From Sphagnum compactum (taxonomy: Eukaryota): DNA of 64,000 nt. Where the stretch lies: positions 2,728,001 through 2,792,000 of the forward strand of contig OZ234494.1 of NCBI GenBank assembly GCA_965153455.1, given 5' to 3'. This document shows positions 37,112-52,263 of this stretch, piece after piece. The notes beneath the pieces are model-generated. The model ran no database searches. It saw nothing but the letters and a program-made list of their open reading frames with translations, and was not told the origin of the DNA. Numbering within the stretch: position 1 is the first letter of the stretch; each line of letters starts with the position of its first letter. The position numbers and the translations under genes are program-made.

Positions 37112-38076
37112 GTTAGTGCCATTGTGATTGTGAAAGAAACGTCCATGTGGTACTTCCTTTCAAAACTTAGCAGCACAACCTCTCAACTGCTTCGGAAGAG
37201 GATATGGCCACGAAAATGGTGAAAAGAGTTGATTGTAGAATTTGGGTGGTGCATGTGTTATGTAGAGTGCATCCAGAGTTTCTAGGAAAGAATGCCTTGT
37301 CATAGGTCCAGTACAATCATACTAGGGTTGTGCATTATCTGTCAAGTATGGGCTGTATGCTTTTTGAGGTCAAGGGTCTGTCAAGTATGGGTAGTATGCT
37401 TATTGAGGTCGGAGATATTTTTGTGTATCTGTTTTCTTTCAAGAGAAATAACCAGCTTCTGAATTCACAGCAATTGAGTTTATTTGGAAAGATTCAGCTA
37501 TTCACTAACCTTCAGTGAAAAGTACATCGTTTACTGCTCAAATTGCTTATGGCTCACTAATAGTCATTGTTCGTGAACTGACTCATTACTTATTGTCCAT
37601 GAATTTGTCATGCCACGCAAATTGTTCATACTTCTTGTATTGCAATGCTAAATCTGGCTTATCTGACAGTTTGATAGCTTGCTCTCCAGAAAGCCAGTGA
37701 GTATATGCTCTCAATTCAGCAATGCACAACTGTCAGAAAACTATATAAGAAACAAAGTTTATCATCACATGTTCATGTCACAGAGTTTGCTAGTGTTTGT
37801 GAAGTGACATGTGAAATACATTTTCATACTTGCACTTTGAAAGACAGGAAGTTTGTTGGTTTAACAAAGCATTTCAAGTGTCACAGAAGTTGTTGGGCTG
37901 GAAAGTTGTTTAAATTGCATGAATGCCTTATTTAAGTTCTTTCTTCCTACCATATTTGTTAATGGTAATGTTGTGACTTGAAAATGAGTGGGATGAGAAT
38001 TTTTCATTCACTTTTCTGCTTCAAATTTTTTGTTAGGTTTTCTTCAGTGAATCTATCTTTCAACTTTCACAACATA

Positions 38077-38250
38077 GGATCCGGAAAGTTCTGCAAGCTT
38101 ATATCATTACTTTGAGGTGTGTTGTGGGTAGGAATTTGTTGAGGGTTGATTGTGTTCTGCTGCACAATTAGGTTCCCTGTAAATTTCTAATGAATAATCA
38201 AAGAAAGAGAAATGCAAGCAATGACAAATCTAGATTCATTTTCCGGATCC
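38077..38250. mobile_element. Small MITE-like element (TA-flanked, GGATCCGGAAA TIR)
   Basis: cataggatccggaaa (38073-38087) and tttccggatcctatg (38240-38254) form a perfect 15-bp inverted pair including the flanking TA. Confidence 0.55.
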
Positions 38251-39479
38251 TATGAGATGGTGGGGAGAACTTTTTAAGAGAGCCAATGCTTAATTTATGT
38301 GAGGAAGTAGTTTTTCTGTTTGTGAGGGTTGCTTGTGGAGATGCTTGAAATTAGGTCAAGTTTGTAAGGAAGTTTGATAAAAGTATCTGCAAGTACAAAG
38401 AGTGAGCATCATATTCACCATTCTTTGTCTTCAGTCTGGTGGGGGAAGTTTGATGCACTACAGGTGTTGTGCCAGAAAATTTGTGCTTGTTGAATTTGTT
38501 TTCTATCTAGACTATATTGGTCTGTTGTTGAATTGTGAAGAAAGGGAGTTATATAAATATAAGAAAAAGAATACGTGAATGCGGTCTGTGATTCATTTAG
38601 GGACTTGGAGATGGTCAGATTCCAAGTTCTTTGTTCATTGACATGTTTCAAGTGCGATAACAAGATTGAGGGATTGTTCACATAAGTGAAGATTGGATTG
38701 TGTTTGAAAAACATTTTTCAATGTGGCAAGATTGTGTTGAGGAAAGCTCATTGTAGTCACTAGAAGTTATATGTTTGCTTTGGGTTCTTGCCAAGAGCGG
38801 AGAAAAAGGTTCAGAGATGGGAATATAACACGAGGATCTGACAAGGACATGCAGAAGCTCCTTCAAATAGTTCATTCAATAATTTTATGAGGGAAGTTGT
38901 AGCACCAGTTCCAACAACTCTCATCATTTGTGTATCAAGTTTTGGTGCAATTAGAGTGATTGGATTGGATCTGATAGACAGCCGAAATAGGGGATTTGGC
39001 AATTAGCATTTAACATAGTGGATTCAATATAAGGTCGATGTGGATTTGGATGAAGATGCAAGATGGAATTTGTAGATGGGGGCAAAAGGCCCAATTCGAA
39101 GGAAGTCACTACTTTGTTCTTCAATTCGTTATTCCAATGTATGATGCACAAGATGTGGCACTAGGGTGGGGGATATTTGGATTTAGCATGTTGTAATTTC
39201 AAAGAGTCAATATGTCTAATTTTTCATTCTAGGCATGGAAGAATTGTTTTGATGTTGGCGATAGAATCATTAAAGTAAAATGTATAAGTTGCCAATCCAA
39301 ATTGTTGTGTTGGAGGGTTGGTAGGGATTTAGAAGGTGAGTATAAATGGAATTTTGAAGATGAAAATCATGTTATTTTTGCTTTCAAGCCTTTGGACTTT
39401 GGGCTAGTATCTGTCGGTGGTATTACTCTAGATCTAGATTGAGTTGATTTTGCATTGGAGAAGTTGACTAGATCATAGG

Positions 39480-42400
39480 AATGACAAGCCATAAGGGCAT
39501 GGATGAGTTGTTTTGGGGAAGAAATTTTGAAGATGTAATAGATTGGGTGGAGCATTTTGAAATGGTGGTTGAAGTATGAAACATTGATTAAGCAAAGTTG
39601 TTCAAGATTGTCCACCTTAACTTGATAGGTAAGGCCAAAGATTGGTACAAGAGATTTCCCATTAGTCTTGTTGATTGACAACAATGTGTGTTGAAATGGT
39701 TCAAAAATATGGGAGAATGGATCATGAAGACATAAAGGAGAGGTTAGATGCCATTAAATATGATTCAAAACCTATTATTATAGGCTTGAGAAATTGTTTA
39801 TTCATGGGAAGACTTAGATGCACGGGATAGAGGAGTTTTTTGGCCCATATGAGACTTGAGATAAGGAAGCAATGTGTGGTATGAGATTATATTCACATGG
39901 AAAATATGATAACAATTGCACTAGAAGTTGAATGTGTTTTAGCTAAATTAGGAAAAATTTCTTTTGAACCTCTAAAGGAAGAGCATGATGAAGATATATG
40001 CATTGTTTTAGTTGTGGAGAATGTTAAAGAGACAATTTTGACGAGTGTTTTAGAAAAACTACATAAATAGCTAGAGGAAAAATTTATAGAAAGATAGTTG
40101 CCTTGTTGAAAATAGTTTAAAAATTATTTAAAATCTCATGCTGAAAGTAGTCACAAATCATTAAAAATGTCTATTGAAATTCCTACTAGAAGTAATTGCA
40201 ATTTTTATAATTTCAAGAGGTAGATGAATTTTGATTGGTATTATTAACATGCCATTGGAAAGATCCTTCTAAGTGACACAAAATAGACATTTAAAAACAT
40301 CCATAAGGGTATCACCTTAGTGAATTTTGGACAATGACCAACTTGTGAAAGAACATTGGTTATTTTGCAAGGGGTAGTGACTTGCTCTTGAGGTTAACAC
40401 TACACCTACCAAATGGAGAATGCACATTTTTTATGCAGTTTTGTAAAAGTAATGGTACCTATTTTCAAGTTAATATTTAAGGCTTAGAAATAAAAACCTT
40501 TTCATCTTCTATTTCAGTTTTTAAAAATATTTTTGAGAAGATCACCACTTGAGGATTTTCAAATTTGTTTCCAAAACTTATATACTTGTTTGTAGGAATA
40601 CCGAAATACCTTCTTCCAAAACATTTCTTATTTTCAAATTCAAGTTGTGCATTGTTTTAGTGCTAATTATGTTGCAAAACTTTTAAATCTATTCGATCTC
40701 TCCCACTATTTATGGTACATACATCTACAATAAAAAATTAATTCAAATTCATTCAAGTTTGAGTATTTTCCTTCTTCTACTAAATTCATTCAATAATTTT
40801 TTGCCTACAAATGTTTTTCATATTTTGTGTTACAAAAGTTTCAAAACTTGTTTTGCTAGACTAAATAAAAAAGTAATGATTTTAATGAATCTCTCAATAA
40901 ATACTTTTAAACAAGGTGTTTCAATAAGCTTGGGAGCAAGTTCACCCATAAGCAACAATTCTACATATCAAATGTATAGATTCAATGATAATATTGCTAC
41001 ATCATGCCCACAAATAGGTGACATAAAGTTTAAATGTGTAAAATGTGGATATTGCTCAGGGATGAAACTTGCAAAAGACAAATGCATGGGGTATGTTGGG
41101 AAAGCATCATCTTTGTAACTACAAACTATCTTGAAATACTTGTGAATATTGAAAAAGTTATGTTGGAATAGGTGAATCAATTGTGTGGACTCAACATGAC
41201 ATCTTTTCATGAACATTTTTACCATGTTGAATGGTACCAATAGGTGTGCTTCCATCAAAATCGAGAATTTAAAAAATTGGATTGGAGATAATAATAGAAA
41301 TAAGAGACATGGAATTGGGCAAAGAAGGGACAATGAGGTCCAAGATCCTTATTCATTTTTGGTGGAGGCACACCTATAGGCACCTTTTATGAAAGGAAAG
41401 ATAATATTGTCTCTAATGGAAACCATCTTCATAATCCCAAAACAGTTGGAATACATGTGGAAAACCTAATCAAGCTAGTCAAGAAGAAAAGGATGAAGTA
41501 TTGTGGACAAATCATATGGCAATTACATCAAGAGCTCCAATAATTCACAAGATTTGTATAAACAAGAGCCATCAAAGTAACACCTTGCATCTACTAATAC
41601 AAATAAATATTCATTTGGTTGAAAGGTTAGTAGACATTGGGGCATCAATGTTCGTATTATCTATTATTTTAGTTAGGGAGTTGGGCATCATGTGTTTAGG
41701 AATGGAGTCATACAAAACAATGTCTATGGTTGTTACTCAAGCCTTTAGAAAAATTAGCAAGCTTATTGTTCATATTGGACAAGTGCAATGTAACATGAAT
41801 TTTATGATTCTCAACATCGACAATTATGATGATTTGTTAGGGCTAGATTTTTTCATCAAAATAGGTGATAGTGGACAATGAAAAGGGTATAATTCAAATG
41901 AAACAAGGCTTTTGGTGACAATGTCTAAATGCTACCTTTAAACATGGTGAACATGTTCCAAGTTGTGAATAAGAAGATGAGGCCTTTTTCTTTTCAAAAA
42001 CATTAAAATAGATTCAAAACATGTAATAAGGAGCCAAAAAAAGCCTCAGGTGTTAAACATAGTCAATCAAAATCACATATTTTTTATGACCATTTAAAAC
42101 CATAGCAATCATGACAAGTTCTAGACCTTTTCCCTTCATATAAATGTAAAGAACTTTAGAGTAAAAATTCATTTGATCTAATTTTAAGTTTTGATTTTAA
42201 TTTAAAACATTTGAAAATGTACACCTATTGCATCAGAAGAGTCAATTTTGCAAAGCATTATCAAAAGGACTCATATGATAAAAGAATTTTCATTGAAAAA
42301 AATATATACAATGAGAACATATTAGTCACATTAAAAAATATTCATAATTAAAAAAATGTGAAATTCTAAAACTTGAAAAATTCAAAGAATGTTTCAAAAT

Positions 42401-44700
42401 TGTTTCAAAATTTTAGAACTTCAAAAGTCCTTTACCACATACAAATGGGTTATAATGTACACGATGTATTGAAAAAAGTTATAACTTAGAGTATAATAAA
42501 ACTAAAGAATGTGAAAGTTTAATTTTTGGTAATGATTTCAAATGTTGATCATTTTTCAAGATGAAACATTCAATTTATAAGGAATCTACACCATTTTAAA
42601 GAAGAAAAAAAGTGATGCATTGGGGAAAATTTTAATATTTTTTAGAACAAGTTAAAAAAAATTCATTAAAAAATTCATTTGCATGTAAAGATTATTTCTG
42701 GGAAAAAAAACTTGCAATCCTTTTCCAAAATAATCCATTTGGCTTCTTGTTACATATTTTGACCTAGTAGTGTATAAGAGTTAGAAGATAAACTTAAGGA
42801 CATATAAATAAAACCATTGAATGTGATTTGCAAGAGACACTTCCACTTTGTGGTAACCCAATCCTTGAAAGGATGGTTTTAAAGTCATCTAATGATTGTG
42901 ATGACAATTCATAAATTCTTATGGATGCTATAAGAAAATACAAGTGAGGCTGAATAATTAACAAAATGTGAATTAAAAAAGTTGGTGCATATTGATGGTC
43001 CCTTGCAAATTATGAATTTAATCTTTAATGATCGAGCAAAAAATGCCATTGGAGGAAGCATATTGGATTCCAATGATCACCAATTGGCCAAGGTGTATGT
43101 TGATGAGGACAATACTGTAGAAACTAGATGTATGTAGCAACAAAACAAAGGCAAATGCTTGCACTATTTCAACTAGAAGAAATGGAAGATGGAATTTTTT
43201 ACCAAGTTTTTGAGCCGTGTATTAAAAATAATAAAAATAGATTGGTGGATGGAAATCAAATCCAAGATCAAAATAAATATAGAATTAACCTTAGAGGCTA
43301 AAAAACAAAGGCAACTGCTAGCATGATTTGATGATGTGTTCACTTAGCACAAAGGTGAATTATGATGTCATAAAGTGGGAGAATGTACAATAAAAACCCA
43401 AAGGTTTTTGCCATGCCAAAGAACTCCAAACCAATTATCATTTTGGGAGGAGATTGAGGTGGAAAAACAAATTGATGCCTTAGTGATGTTGGGTAAGATG
43501 AGGCCCATCAACTCATAATAAACATGTTGTGTTTCTTTAATAATAAAGGAAGTGGTAGTCACCACTTTTGTGGTGATTGTCATCCACAAAATCAACAAAC
43601 AAGAAGGGATGCATTTCCAATGCTATTAATTGACAATGTGTTGAATGCAATTGGGCAGGTTTGAGTGATTTTTTTTGCATTAGACCTAGAATTTGGGCTC
43701 TAGCACATTAAGATGGCTCCTAAAGACATAAAGAAAATTCTTTTGATAATCAAATCAAGGCTTATTGATTGGACAGTAATGCCATTTGGGTTGAAAAACA
43801 GAATTAGTACCTTTTTTCAAACTATAAGAAAAGTGTTCAAAAAGTACATGGACAAATTTTTAAAGGTGTTCTTCAATGATTTCGACCACAACCAATATTG
43901 GGCTAAACATTTAAAAGCACATCAAATGTGTGTTATAGAAGTTAAGGGAAGTCAATCTTAAGCATAACCTTAACAAATGTAGTTTTGCAAAGAAATCCAT
44001 TAGTTTCTGAGGTCATGTGATTAATAAAGAAGGAACCCAACCTAACCCTAGGAAAATAAAAATTAGAATTGAATTTCATGTGCCAACCATTGCTACTAAT
44101 GTTAGAGCTTTCTTGGGATTATTTGAATATTACAAACCTACGTCAAAGGTTATGTGCACATTTTGTTGTTTTTTTGTTTGAGTTTTAAAACAATACTCGA
44201 ATTTTTATCTAGAGTCTTGATTATTAAAAAGCCTTGAAACTATTGAAAGATGTTGCAATTAAACCCTAAACCCTAATCAAACCCTAAGCCTCTAATTTCA
44301 TTAAGATGTTTATTTTGGATGTAGATTGATACTCTTGGGGAGTGGGAGCCATTACATCAGAGGAGAGAATAAGTGAATATGTTATTACTTATGCAAGCAA
44401 GGAGCTTTCCCAAGTACATTCCGAGGTGATTCCATTGTATGGAAGGAAAGTGTTATGCATTCATATGGGGGATTTTCCATTTCCAAGAATTTTTGTATAG
44501 AACCCACTTCACAATACCTGTAAATCACACGTTGCTTGAATGGTTGGCAATAATGCCTAATGCATATGGAAAACATGAGATGTGAATAACTATGCTACAT
44601 GATTAGATTTTCAAAAATTGTCCATTGTGTAAGGTCAAGGCACACCAATTCAAATGCACTTAGTTCGAATTCAATGGACAAGTTTGCTAGGAATTTCAAG
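39480..44700 (+). mobile_element. Heavily decayed Ty3/Gypsy LTR retrotransposon internal region with AT-rich interruptions
   Basis: Remnants in Gypsy order: gag (DVIDWVEHFEM..KAKDWYKR, ~39530-39650), Cys-rich knuckle-like remnant (~40970-41090), protease (LVDIGAS..DDLLGLDFFIKIG, 41501-41881), RT (WTVMPFGLKN..FLKVFFNDF, 43713-43961) and RNase H (FILDVD..GVGA..ITYASK, ~44310-44560). Many stops and frameshifts; LTRs not identified. Confidence 0.8.
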
Positions 44701-46668
44701 AAGAAATCTAAGTATGTCAATTGGGTGCAACAAGTAGTAGCCCAAATCAATGATTTGATTTGGATTAAAAACATATTAGTAAAAGGAGATCTATTGGGGG
44801 GCAAGAGCTAAGTAGTTGTTGATGATAGGTGAATTTAAAGAGGAACTTGCAAAGGTGGTTGTAAGCTAGGGTTGCTCATTTTCGATAAATATGACACTAC
44901 ACAAAAGTTCATATGATAGCGTTAAAATGAAAATCTATTATGATGTCATTGGTTAAATGGAGAATGATATGGTGATTAATAACTAAAAAAGTCCATATGA
45001 AGAGAAGCCTTGCATTAAATTTATTTAAAACATATATTTAAAAAAGAAAGATAATTGAAATCCATCCAAAAAAGATAAAAAAGATGGACTATAAACATGA
45101 CCCATTTCAAACCATTCAAACATTCATAACTTTTTTTTTTCAAATGGGTAAGGATTTTCTAGCAAACTTTTAGCATTTATGTTCCTATTGCTTTAACATA
45201 TCATATATTGAGTCTCTATAAGATATCCTAATAAGTAAAGGATTTGCCTAGAGCATATCAAATGTAGGTTAATCAAGTTGTAGAAGCCTAATGCCATAGA
45301 GGATAGAAACTAGGTCTCCATTAAATGAGCTGGATAGTAGCTAGAGGTGGTTAGGAAGTGGTGGTTAGTGGCAGTTAAGAAGTAACTGCTTCCCAATGTG
45401 TAAAGAAAGACACAAAGATCAAAGAGGGGCTTGCAATTTGGAGAGATGGAGTAGGCGAACCAGGAAGATGTACTAATGTATATAATGGAAGAAATTTTCT
45501 TTCTACCTGAATGTGTGTAGATTGTGTACACTTGTGTATGTGGGTTGTGCAAAGAATCGCCCAACACTGCTTTGAACCCACGTTCCTTATGTGATAGCCA
45601 TTCCTACTGTCCTGATGCTGGACACAACGATGCTGCACATTCCCACCTCTACTGACACCTTCATTTACTTCTGGATTAAGTGTAGTATGCATGTGACTGC
45701 AAGATGACTCATCTCTGCATTGTTCTGTGCGGATTCCCAGTCTTCCAACAACTAAGCTATACAATGAAGTAGTAAGACAACTCAAGGTCTCTCCATCTTA
45801 TTATGTTCAGCTCTAAACCATTCCAAACACAAACTACCATGTACAAAACACATGACCACAGAACAAGAATACCAAACAGGCCCCTTGAACAATCTATTGC
45901 TCCATGTCTTCACTACAAAGTGGTGTTGACAATTCACTAGGATAAAAAGACTAGTCGCAAACCCCCTCCCCCCAAAAAAAAAAACCCCGTTGTTCAGTAA
46001 ATAAGAATGCAGAATGTCTTTCAGTAAAAAATTCTGCTCTGAATAATTTGGTGATCAGAAAACATGTATAAGAATCTCCTGGCATTGCCGGGGTTTGCAA
46101 TGCACTCAGATGGAGTTTTCTACTTTCTGCAGCCTACAATCTATAGTCTCTAGTTGAGAGCACAAGGAAGTGAATGCAATGTGCTGTCAATAGTCAATAC
46201 CTTTCAAAAGGAATGCCCTCCAAACTGCAAACCCTCTGATAGCATGAGGAAAAATGTTGTAAACAAACACAAAAGAAGCGCAAGTCTGTAACAAGCCACT
46301 CTGTTCTGCATTGTTGGCAGAGATGGTGAGATTATTTTGTACAACACGTATTGCAAAGCTAGTGATACACAGCTGCAGGCTAACCACAAAATCAGAAGCT
46401 ATTCTTATCATCTAAGACCTGTGTTGCTTCATGTCTACATGCCTAGCAAAGGTCAGCATCAGCACTGTCTTAGGGCATTAGCCTCAAACAAGTGCAAACC
46501 TCTGTCTGGTAAGTGCTCAAGCAAGTACCACCTTAGAGACTAATCTACATATACCTCTTGAAGCTCAAGAAGCTCAACAGAATCACAGCTATGTTGATGT
46601 TCAGTGAATAACACACCTTTCTCTTGGTCAGAAAGGGAAGAAGGTGCACAGATCAAGAGGTTGCACTA

Positions 46669-47502
46669 CTAAACCATGTTGCTCACTACATTGGATCCTT
46701 GTAAAGTGTAGGAGTTCCCTGTCCAACTTGCAGATGAATTTGCTGCAGCAACTGGGCCAACACTCGGCAAATCAGCATCAGCCACCGACTCAATCTCCAA
46801 AAAGGGTAAGTAAGATGCTGACGTGCGCTTCAAGCTTAAAACAGACCCTAATGCAATCCAGATTGCAAGGTTGATCAACCAGTAGTTAGTCATCCCTTGC
46901 ACTACACCCCAGCCTATTAAATAACCAATCACAATCCCTGACAAATGCCCAAGAAAGCTGGCTTGTGGAACAATTATTGATGTGAAGACGAGTGACTCGA
47001 ATGGTGCAAAGCTTATCGGAAGAGAGAGAAGACCAAAGATGTTGAGCTTCAAGGATGGTTGCTTCACTGATAAGACTGTCATCCAGCCAAAGACTACACA
47101 TGAGTAGCCAACTGCCGTCACACGCCTGAAGAATTCAAGATTAAATCTTGTGATGAGCACATGATACATCCCAAGTACAAGCACTCCAGAGAACAGGAGA
47201 AGAATTATGGAGTATTGTATGTAGTACTCAACTCCAAGATGATATTCCTGGATGCTTTCCACAACCCCAAGACTCCAAAGTGCACTGAGGTTGAAGATGA
47301 GATGGAGGAAACTTATGTGCGAAAAGGCGGAGGAGATGATCCTCCAGTGTTGTCCTTGGGAAACTACGTTCTCATAGCTCAATCCAACGTCCCCATATCT
47401 GATTCCCTTCTTCTGGATGTAGAACCATACCACACTGCAAATTGCAATGACGCAGGAGCTTGCTGGTTTGTCGATGATGTCAAATACTAAAAGACGGCCC
47501 AT
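46669..47502 (-). CDS. RBL13: Rhomboid-like intramembrane protease RBL13, 277 aa, intronless CDS
   Basis: Very close to recalled Arabidopsis RBL13: [31 protein letters not shown], catalytic-Ser region [11 protein letters not shown], catalytic-His region SFLGHLSG; multiple TM segments. Confidence 0.93.
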   Translation of the reverse strand: MGRLLVFDIIDKPASSCVIAICSVVWFYIQKKGIRYGDVGLSYENVVSQGQHWRIISSAFSHISFLHLIFNLSALWSLGVVESIQEYHLGVEYYIQYSIILLLFSGVLVLGMYHVLITRFNLEFFRRVTAVGYSCVVFGWMTVLSVKQPSLKLNIFGLLSLPISFAPFESLVFTSIIVPQASFLGHLSGIVIGYLIGWGVVQGMTNYWLINLAIWIALGSVLSLKRTSASYLPFLEIESVADADLPSVGPVAAANSSASWTGNSYTLQGSNVVSNMV

Positions 47503-50500
47503 CTTGCCTTCCGCCCACCTTCCGAAACCTCCCCTTATTCTCCCAAAGGTTCAAACCCTAGGATCGGTCCATTCTTGAAGATGAAAGAGGAACCCAAAAA
47601 AAAAGAAAAGCCCGCATAGAAAAAACGTCTTCTCTGCAACCGTTGCAAATCAATCTTGGCGCAAAGAAGAAGAAGAAGCACTGAGACACTCTATCTCCGG
47701 ATCAACGCTCTAATAAGGAAGCATCAGACCAGAAACCCTAAATGCAAACCCTAGTTTGGCATATGCAGGAAGCAAAAGTAGCTTCCCACATCGAATCACA
47801 TCCTCTACCGAAAATCGCGAGAATCTTCTTCTCAAACATTGAGCAAGCAAAATCCATTCCAGAACTTAGATTATTGCCGACCCAATCTCAATCGTCAAAT
47901 CCTTGAGTAATATTTGCGAGCGGCCCCATGAGCTGCAGAGCTAGATTTTTTTCCTTGTACAAAACCGATGGAAAACAATAGTCATGGAATGAAACAAAAG
48001 GATCTGCTTCTGCTGCTACTGCTGCGTACTAAATAATCTCGCATTCCGAATGTATGTCGATCAGCCGTTAATGATCAAAAGCGAAGGTGGAGAGCGATGA
48101 TCGATCTCGTGTCGCAGCGTCGCTGGTGCAATTGCGCGCGCGCAAGAAAGTGAAAGTGCGGCAGTCTCCAAGTGACGATGTCGCAAGGGCGTTCCTTGGT
48201 CGCAAAGGGGACGTTTCTCCGGGTCGTTCAGGGCCGGGTGGGGGTTGGGGCCGTGTTCGCTGAGAGAGGGAACTGATCACAGAGAGTAAGTTCCCAAGCG
48301 AGGGGAACAGAACCCCAGACCCGGAAAGTTTCTTCCCCCCCTAGACCCGGAAATCTTTGACCCGGGAATTTTTCCTCTGGGGTCTGGTAGCAGGGATGGA
48401 TGAAAGGGAGGGCCCCACTTGTCCTTTCATCTTGTCCTTACAATTGGTCTTTTTTTCAGTTTTGTTTTTGGGTTTTTTTTTGGGTCAGTGCATTGTAAGG
48501 CGCTTTTTTTGGTGTTTTTTTTTTCCTTGAACTAACTATTTATATTTATATTCTATTGGTTTTTTCTTGCTATTTTGGTTTCTTTTTAAAAAATTTAAAA
48601 TATTATTATTATTTATAAATTTTATTGCATTATCAATGCCACTATTGGTGCTATAGGAAGGTCTTTTGCAAGTTGTCCCTCCTACTACTTGCCTTTTCCT
48701 TGGTAAACATTATCAATTGTTATCGATCGTTGGTTACTAATGTGTTTGTTTTTTCTTGTTACTCATTTGTCATGTTTGTTGTTGTTTGGTTGCTTCTTTT
48801 AGGTGGTGAGCTCACCCTTGTTCCTTTTCTTATTTTGCATTTTGAATTGTAAAATTACAAGTTTTTTTCATCAAATTTAGTTCACATTATTTGTAAAAAA
48901 TCATTGTTTTAAATAAAGGCATAAAATAGCCTTCCTTTTATCTTTTGTGTTGTACATTTTCATGTTTGCATTTCACTCGTGTAACAATTACACATGATGC
49001 ACCCACAAAGACTTGCCACAAGATGTTGGGGGTACATTCTTTTATATACGATGGATTATCTAAAAACTTTGGTGCATTCCTTATCTCCATGGATTGAAAC
49101 AAGGTTTCATGAAAATTCTAAGATAATACTAGGACAAGCTTTTCAAGTTGAATTTACAAATACATCAAACTTACACAAACCAAGCAGGAAAATAATAATG
49201 CAACATTTTAGGTCAAAATGATACATAGACAAGCCATAAACTCACATGGCTCACCACAGATTGGATTTAAGAAAATCACCATTTCTTTAATAATATTTTA
49301 TGCTACCCCATAGTGACAAAATTAAATCAACAATTTGGGGGGGGGGGGGGGAGGGGGAGGGACACTTAAGTTTGGGATCTATGTGCTTCAAATGGCCATT
49401 TTTAGGGAGGTATTAGATAATTATCCAACCTATTTTTTATCACCCTATTATGATTTAAATTTTTTTAAAATATATATTAAAGTCACCTTATATTAATTAT
49501 AATCCAATATTTTAGATTATTACATACTCTATATTAGAATTAAATCAATTATTTGAATAATATGTACCCTATTTTTAACTAATTAACTTATAATTTCTAC
49601 CCAAATTAAAATTATAACAAGAAAGTGAAAAGTTAATGTTTATAACGAATGTTAATCAAAACTCAAAGGTATATTATAACGAGTTTGAAAGAATGTTTAA
49701 GGTTGTCACAACCCTTCTTTTGAAGGTGCAACAAAAGACAAAAACAAACATGGACCTAGGCAAAAACAAAGTGATTCAACTTGGCTTCAAATTTTGGATA
49801 AGGTCTAAATTAGGGCTTCAAACAAAGTTTCATAATGTAAACGAAGGCATTGACTTTTCTTATAAGTGAAGGAGAGTGTCGCAACCTTAACTAGAATGTC
49901 CAACCAATTCCTTAAATGGACAACAATTTTTATTTTCTTTAAGCTTAATTTTATGAACTTCCAAAATGATGGGATTCATAATTGAACATTTTCAACTTTC
50001 AAAACTCCCATTTGAGAATGTTGAGAAAAATTTTTGATCCCGAGTGGGGACATTAGTAAAAAAAGTAGAAACATCCTAAAACACCATTCTTGAATTACAA
50101 TAAGTCGACAATGCTAGAATGTTGTGTCAAATATAACATGAAGCTAACAAGACTTGTTAAAAACAAATCAAGCCATTGCCAAAAGTCGGATATTTTATTT
50201 TGAAATTGAAAACTACATGAGTAAAAAATAAGGTCCCCATATATTGGTTGTTGAACAAAAAAAATTCAATTTCTTCTATAATAGGATTAATTTTATTCTA
50301 AAAATCCAAACATATATATATATTATAAAGTATGCATTAGTAATGGAATTAAAAAATGGACAAAAGACTTTACAAATTGGTTGTTAGTAGGTTATTACAT
50401 GAGGAACACACCTTATAATGAGTTTTGGCATGGTTCAAGATTTTGGCCAACGAACAATGTGCAATATGTGCAAACATAGAAGACAACATTATTTGCATAG

Positions 50501-52263
50501 TTAAAATTGCAAGTTTGATCAATCCTTTATACCTTCAACCGTACTCAATGTTATGAAGAGTATCCAATGTTGTGTTGTCTTCTTTAACTAAAACAAAGCT
50601 TGAGTTAAGATATTCATGATTGGTCATTGAAGAAAGTTTAATCTTACTCTCATGTTTTCAAATGTTAGAGTTTGCCGAATGCCTAGACATAATACTTTTT
50701 CAATAAGTTGAGCTATTAGTTCAATATATATTAGGGTGTTTAGAATTGGATTATAAAAAATTCACTTATAATTTTTTTAAAATTTTTATAAAATATTATG
50801 TTAATATTATATACTTCATAGCATACAAAAAACACCTCTTTATCTCACATGTTTCATAAGATATACAAACAATGATTTCCTTTAGAAGACAAGGAGTTGA
50901 TGAAGGCTTGAATGCAACAACTTGCCGGTTGACTTATTGGGGTTGTAATGCACATTTCCTTCATTTGGATTTTAGAACTTAACTGATTTTTTTGTTTTTT
51001 TCCCCATGGAAAACAAACCAATTGCCCAATGTTTAAAACGGCTTTGTGAGTGTCAAATATGGTCTTTAGTATTTGAAATGTGATCTTCTACCCAAATGTT
51101 TGTTGATGTGTAATTTCTAAAATTAAATGTTAGTGTTTCATCCATGATGTTTTTTTTTTGTCACACACAATCACAACCTTTTTTCACAACTCTTCATATT
51201 TCAACTAAAAATAAAATTGCAAACAAATATATGGTGTCAAAATTTAATGATTGAAAAGAAAATTTTAAGGTGGTTTGAATACAGTGTGGATATTAAGTAA
51301 TTAAATAATAATATGGTGCAAAAAATTAAAGTTCCCTTGCATTATATCCCTCCAAAAATATCCTTTTTGAAACTTTGATGCATGTAGTGAAAAAAATTAA
51401 TACATAGTGTCCCTTCAAGGTCATCACATTATGTACAACATTTTGACTACGATAAGTTCAAACTTTCAAGTTATATTTGACAAATTTGCTTGATGTGAAT
51501 GTACAAATTTTGTATTTGGGTATTCTTTGGCACAATAGGTGTTAGTTTTCATGTTCATGATTATGATTATAATTCATGGCTTCTATGTGCCCTCAAACAT
51601 TAGTTCCAAAGTGTTGGTAAGTAAGTCTTATCTTCTACTTTTGTATTGTGGAACTCACTTACCATTATAAAAGGATATCGTTGAAAACAATTTTTTTTGG
51701 TTATTATGTTGTTTTGTTTAATTTGAATGTGGTTCATAAATTTTTTTGTGATTTATTTATCAATGAAATAATTATAAATAAAGACTAAAAATATTAATGG
51801 AAAATGGTTATGTGTAGCTAAAAGAATAGGGAAGGCAAACCTAAAAACCTTTTATGAAAAAATGTATAATGAAGGAGAGCGGGCAACTTTTTGAAGGTCA
51901 TTCACTACATTTAAACTTCAAGTATTAATGCAAATGCTCACTTTAATTGGTTACTATACCATACATGTCACTAATGTTCAATGTTAAATCACTTTCATAG
52001 AGAGCAAGTTTGGGATATTTACATGTTGCATTTTTGGTTTTTCTTTCTAGTGCTTTTAACCATTAAAAGAATCTTTCAAAGTGTAAAAGAAAATGATATT
52101 ATGGAAATTAGAAAAAATCTTTTTGTTGTCAATTTAAAATACACAACATTTTTACATGTAAGGTTCTAAGGATCTTCACAACTTCCAAGTAAGGATTCTA
52201 ATATGATAAATTCCTAGTGCATTTGGAAGACACCTTATATTGATGAATATGTCTTTTAGAACA

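Noticed and set aside
45300-46560. Possible 3' UTR introns and short ORFs downstream of RBL13
   Set aside because: Donor-like sites exist (e.g. AG|GTATAT at ~46554), but no transcript evidence or protein constraint supports them.
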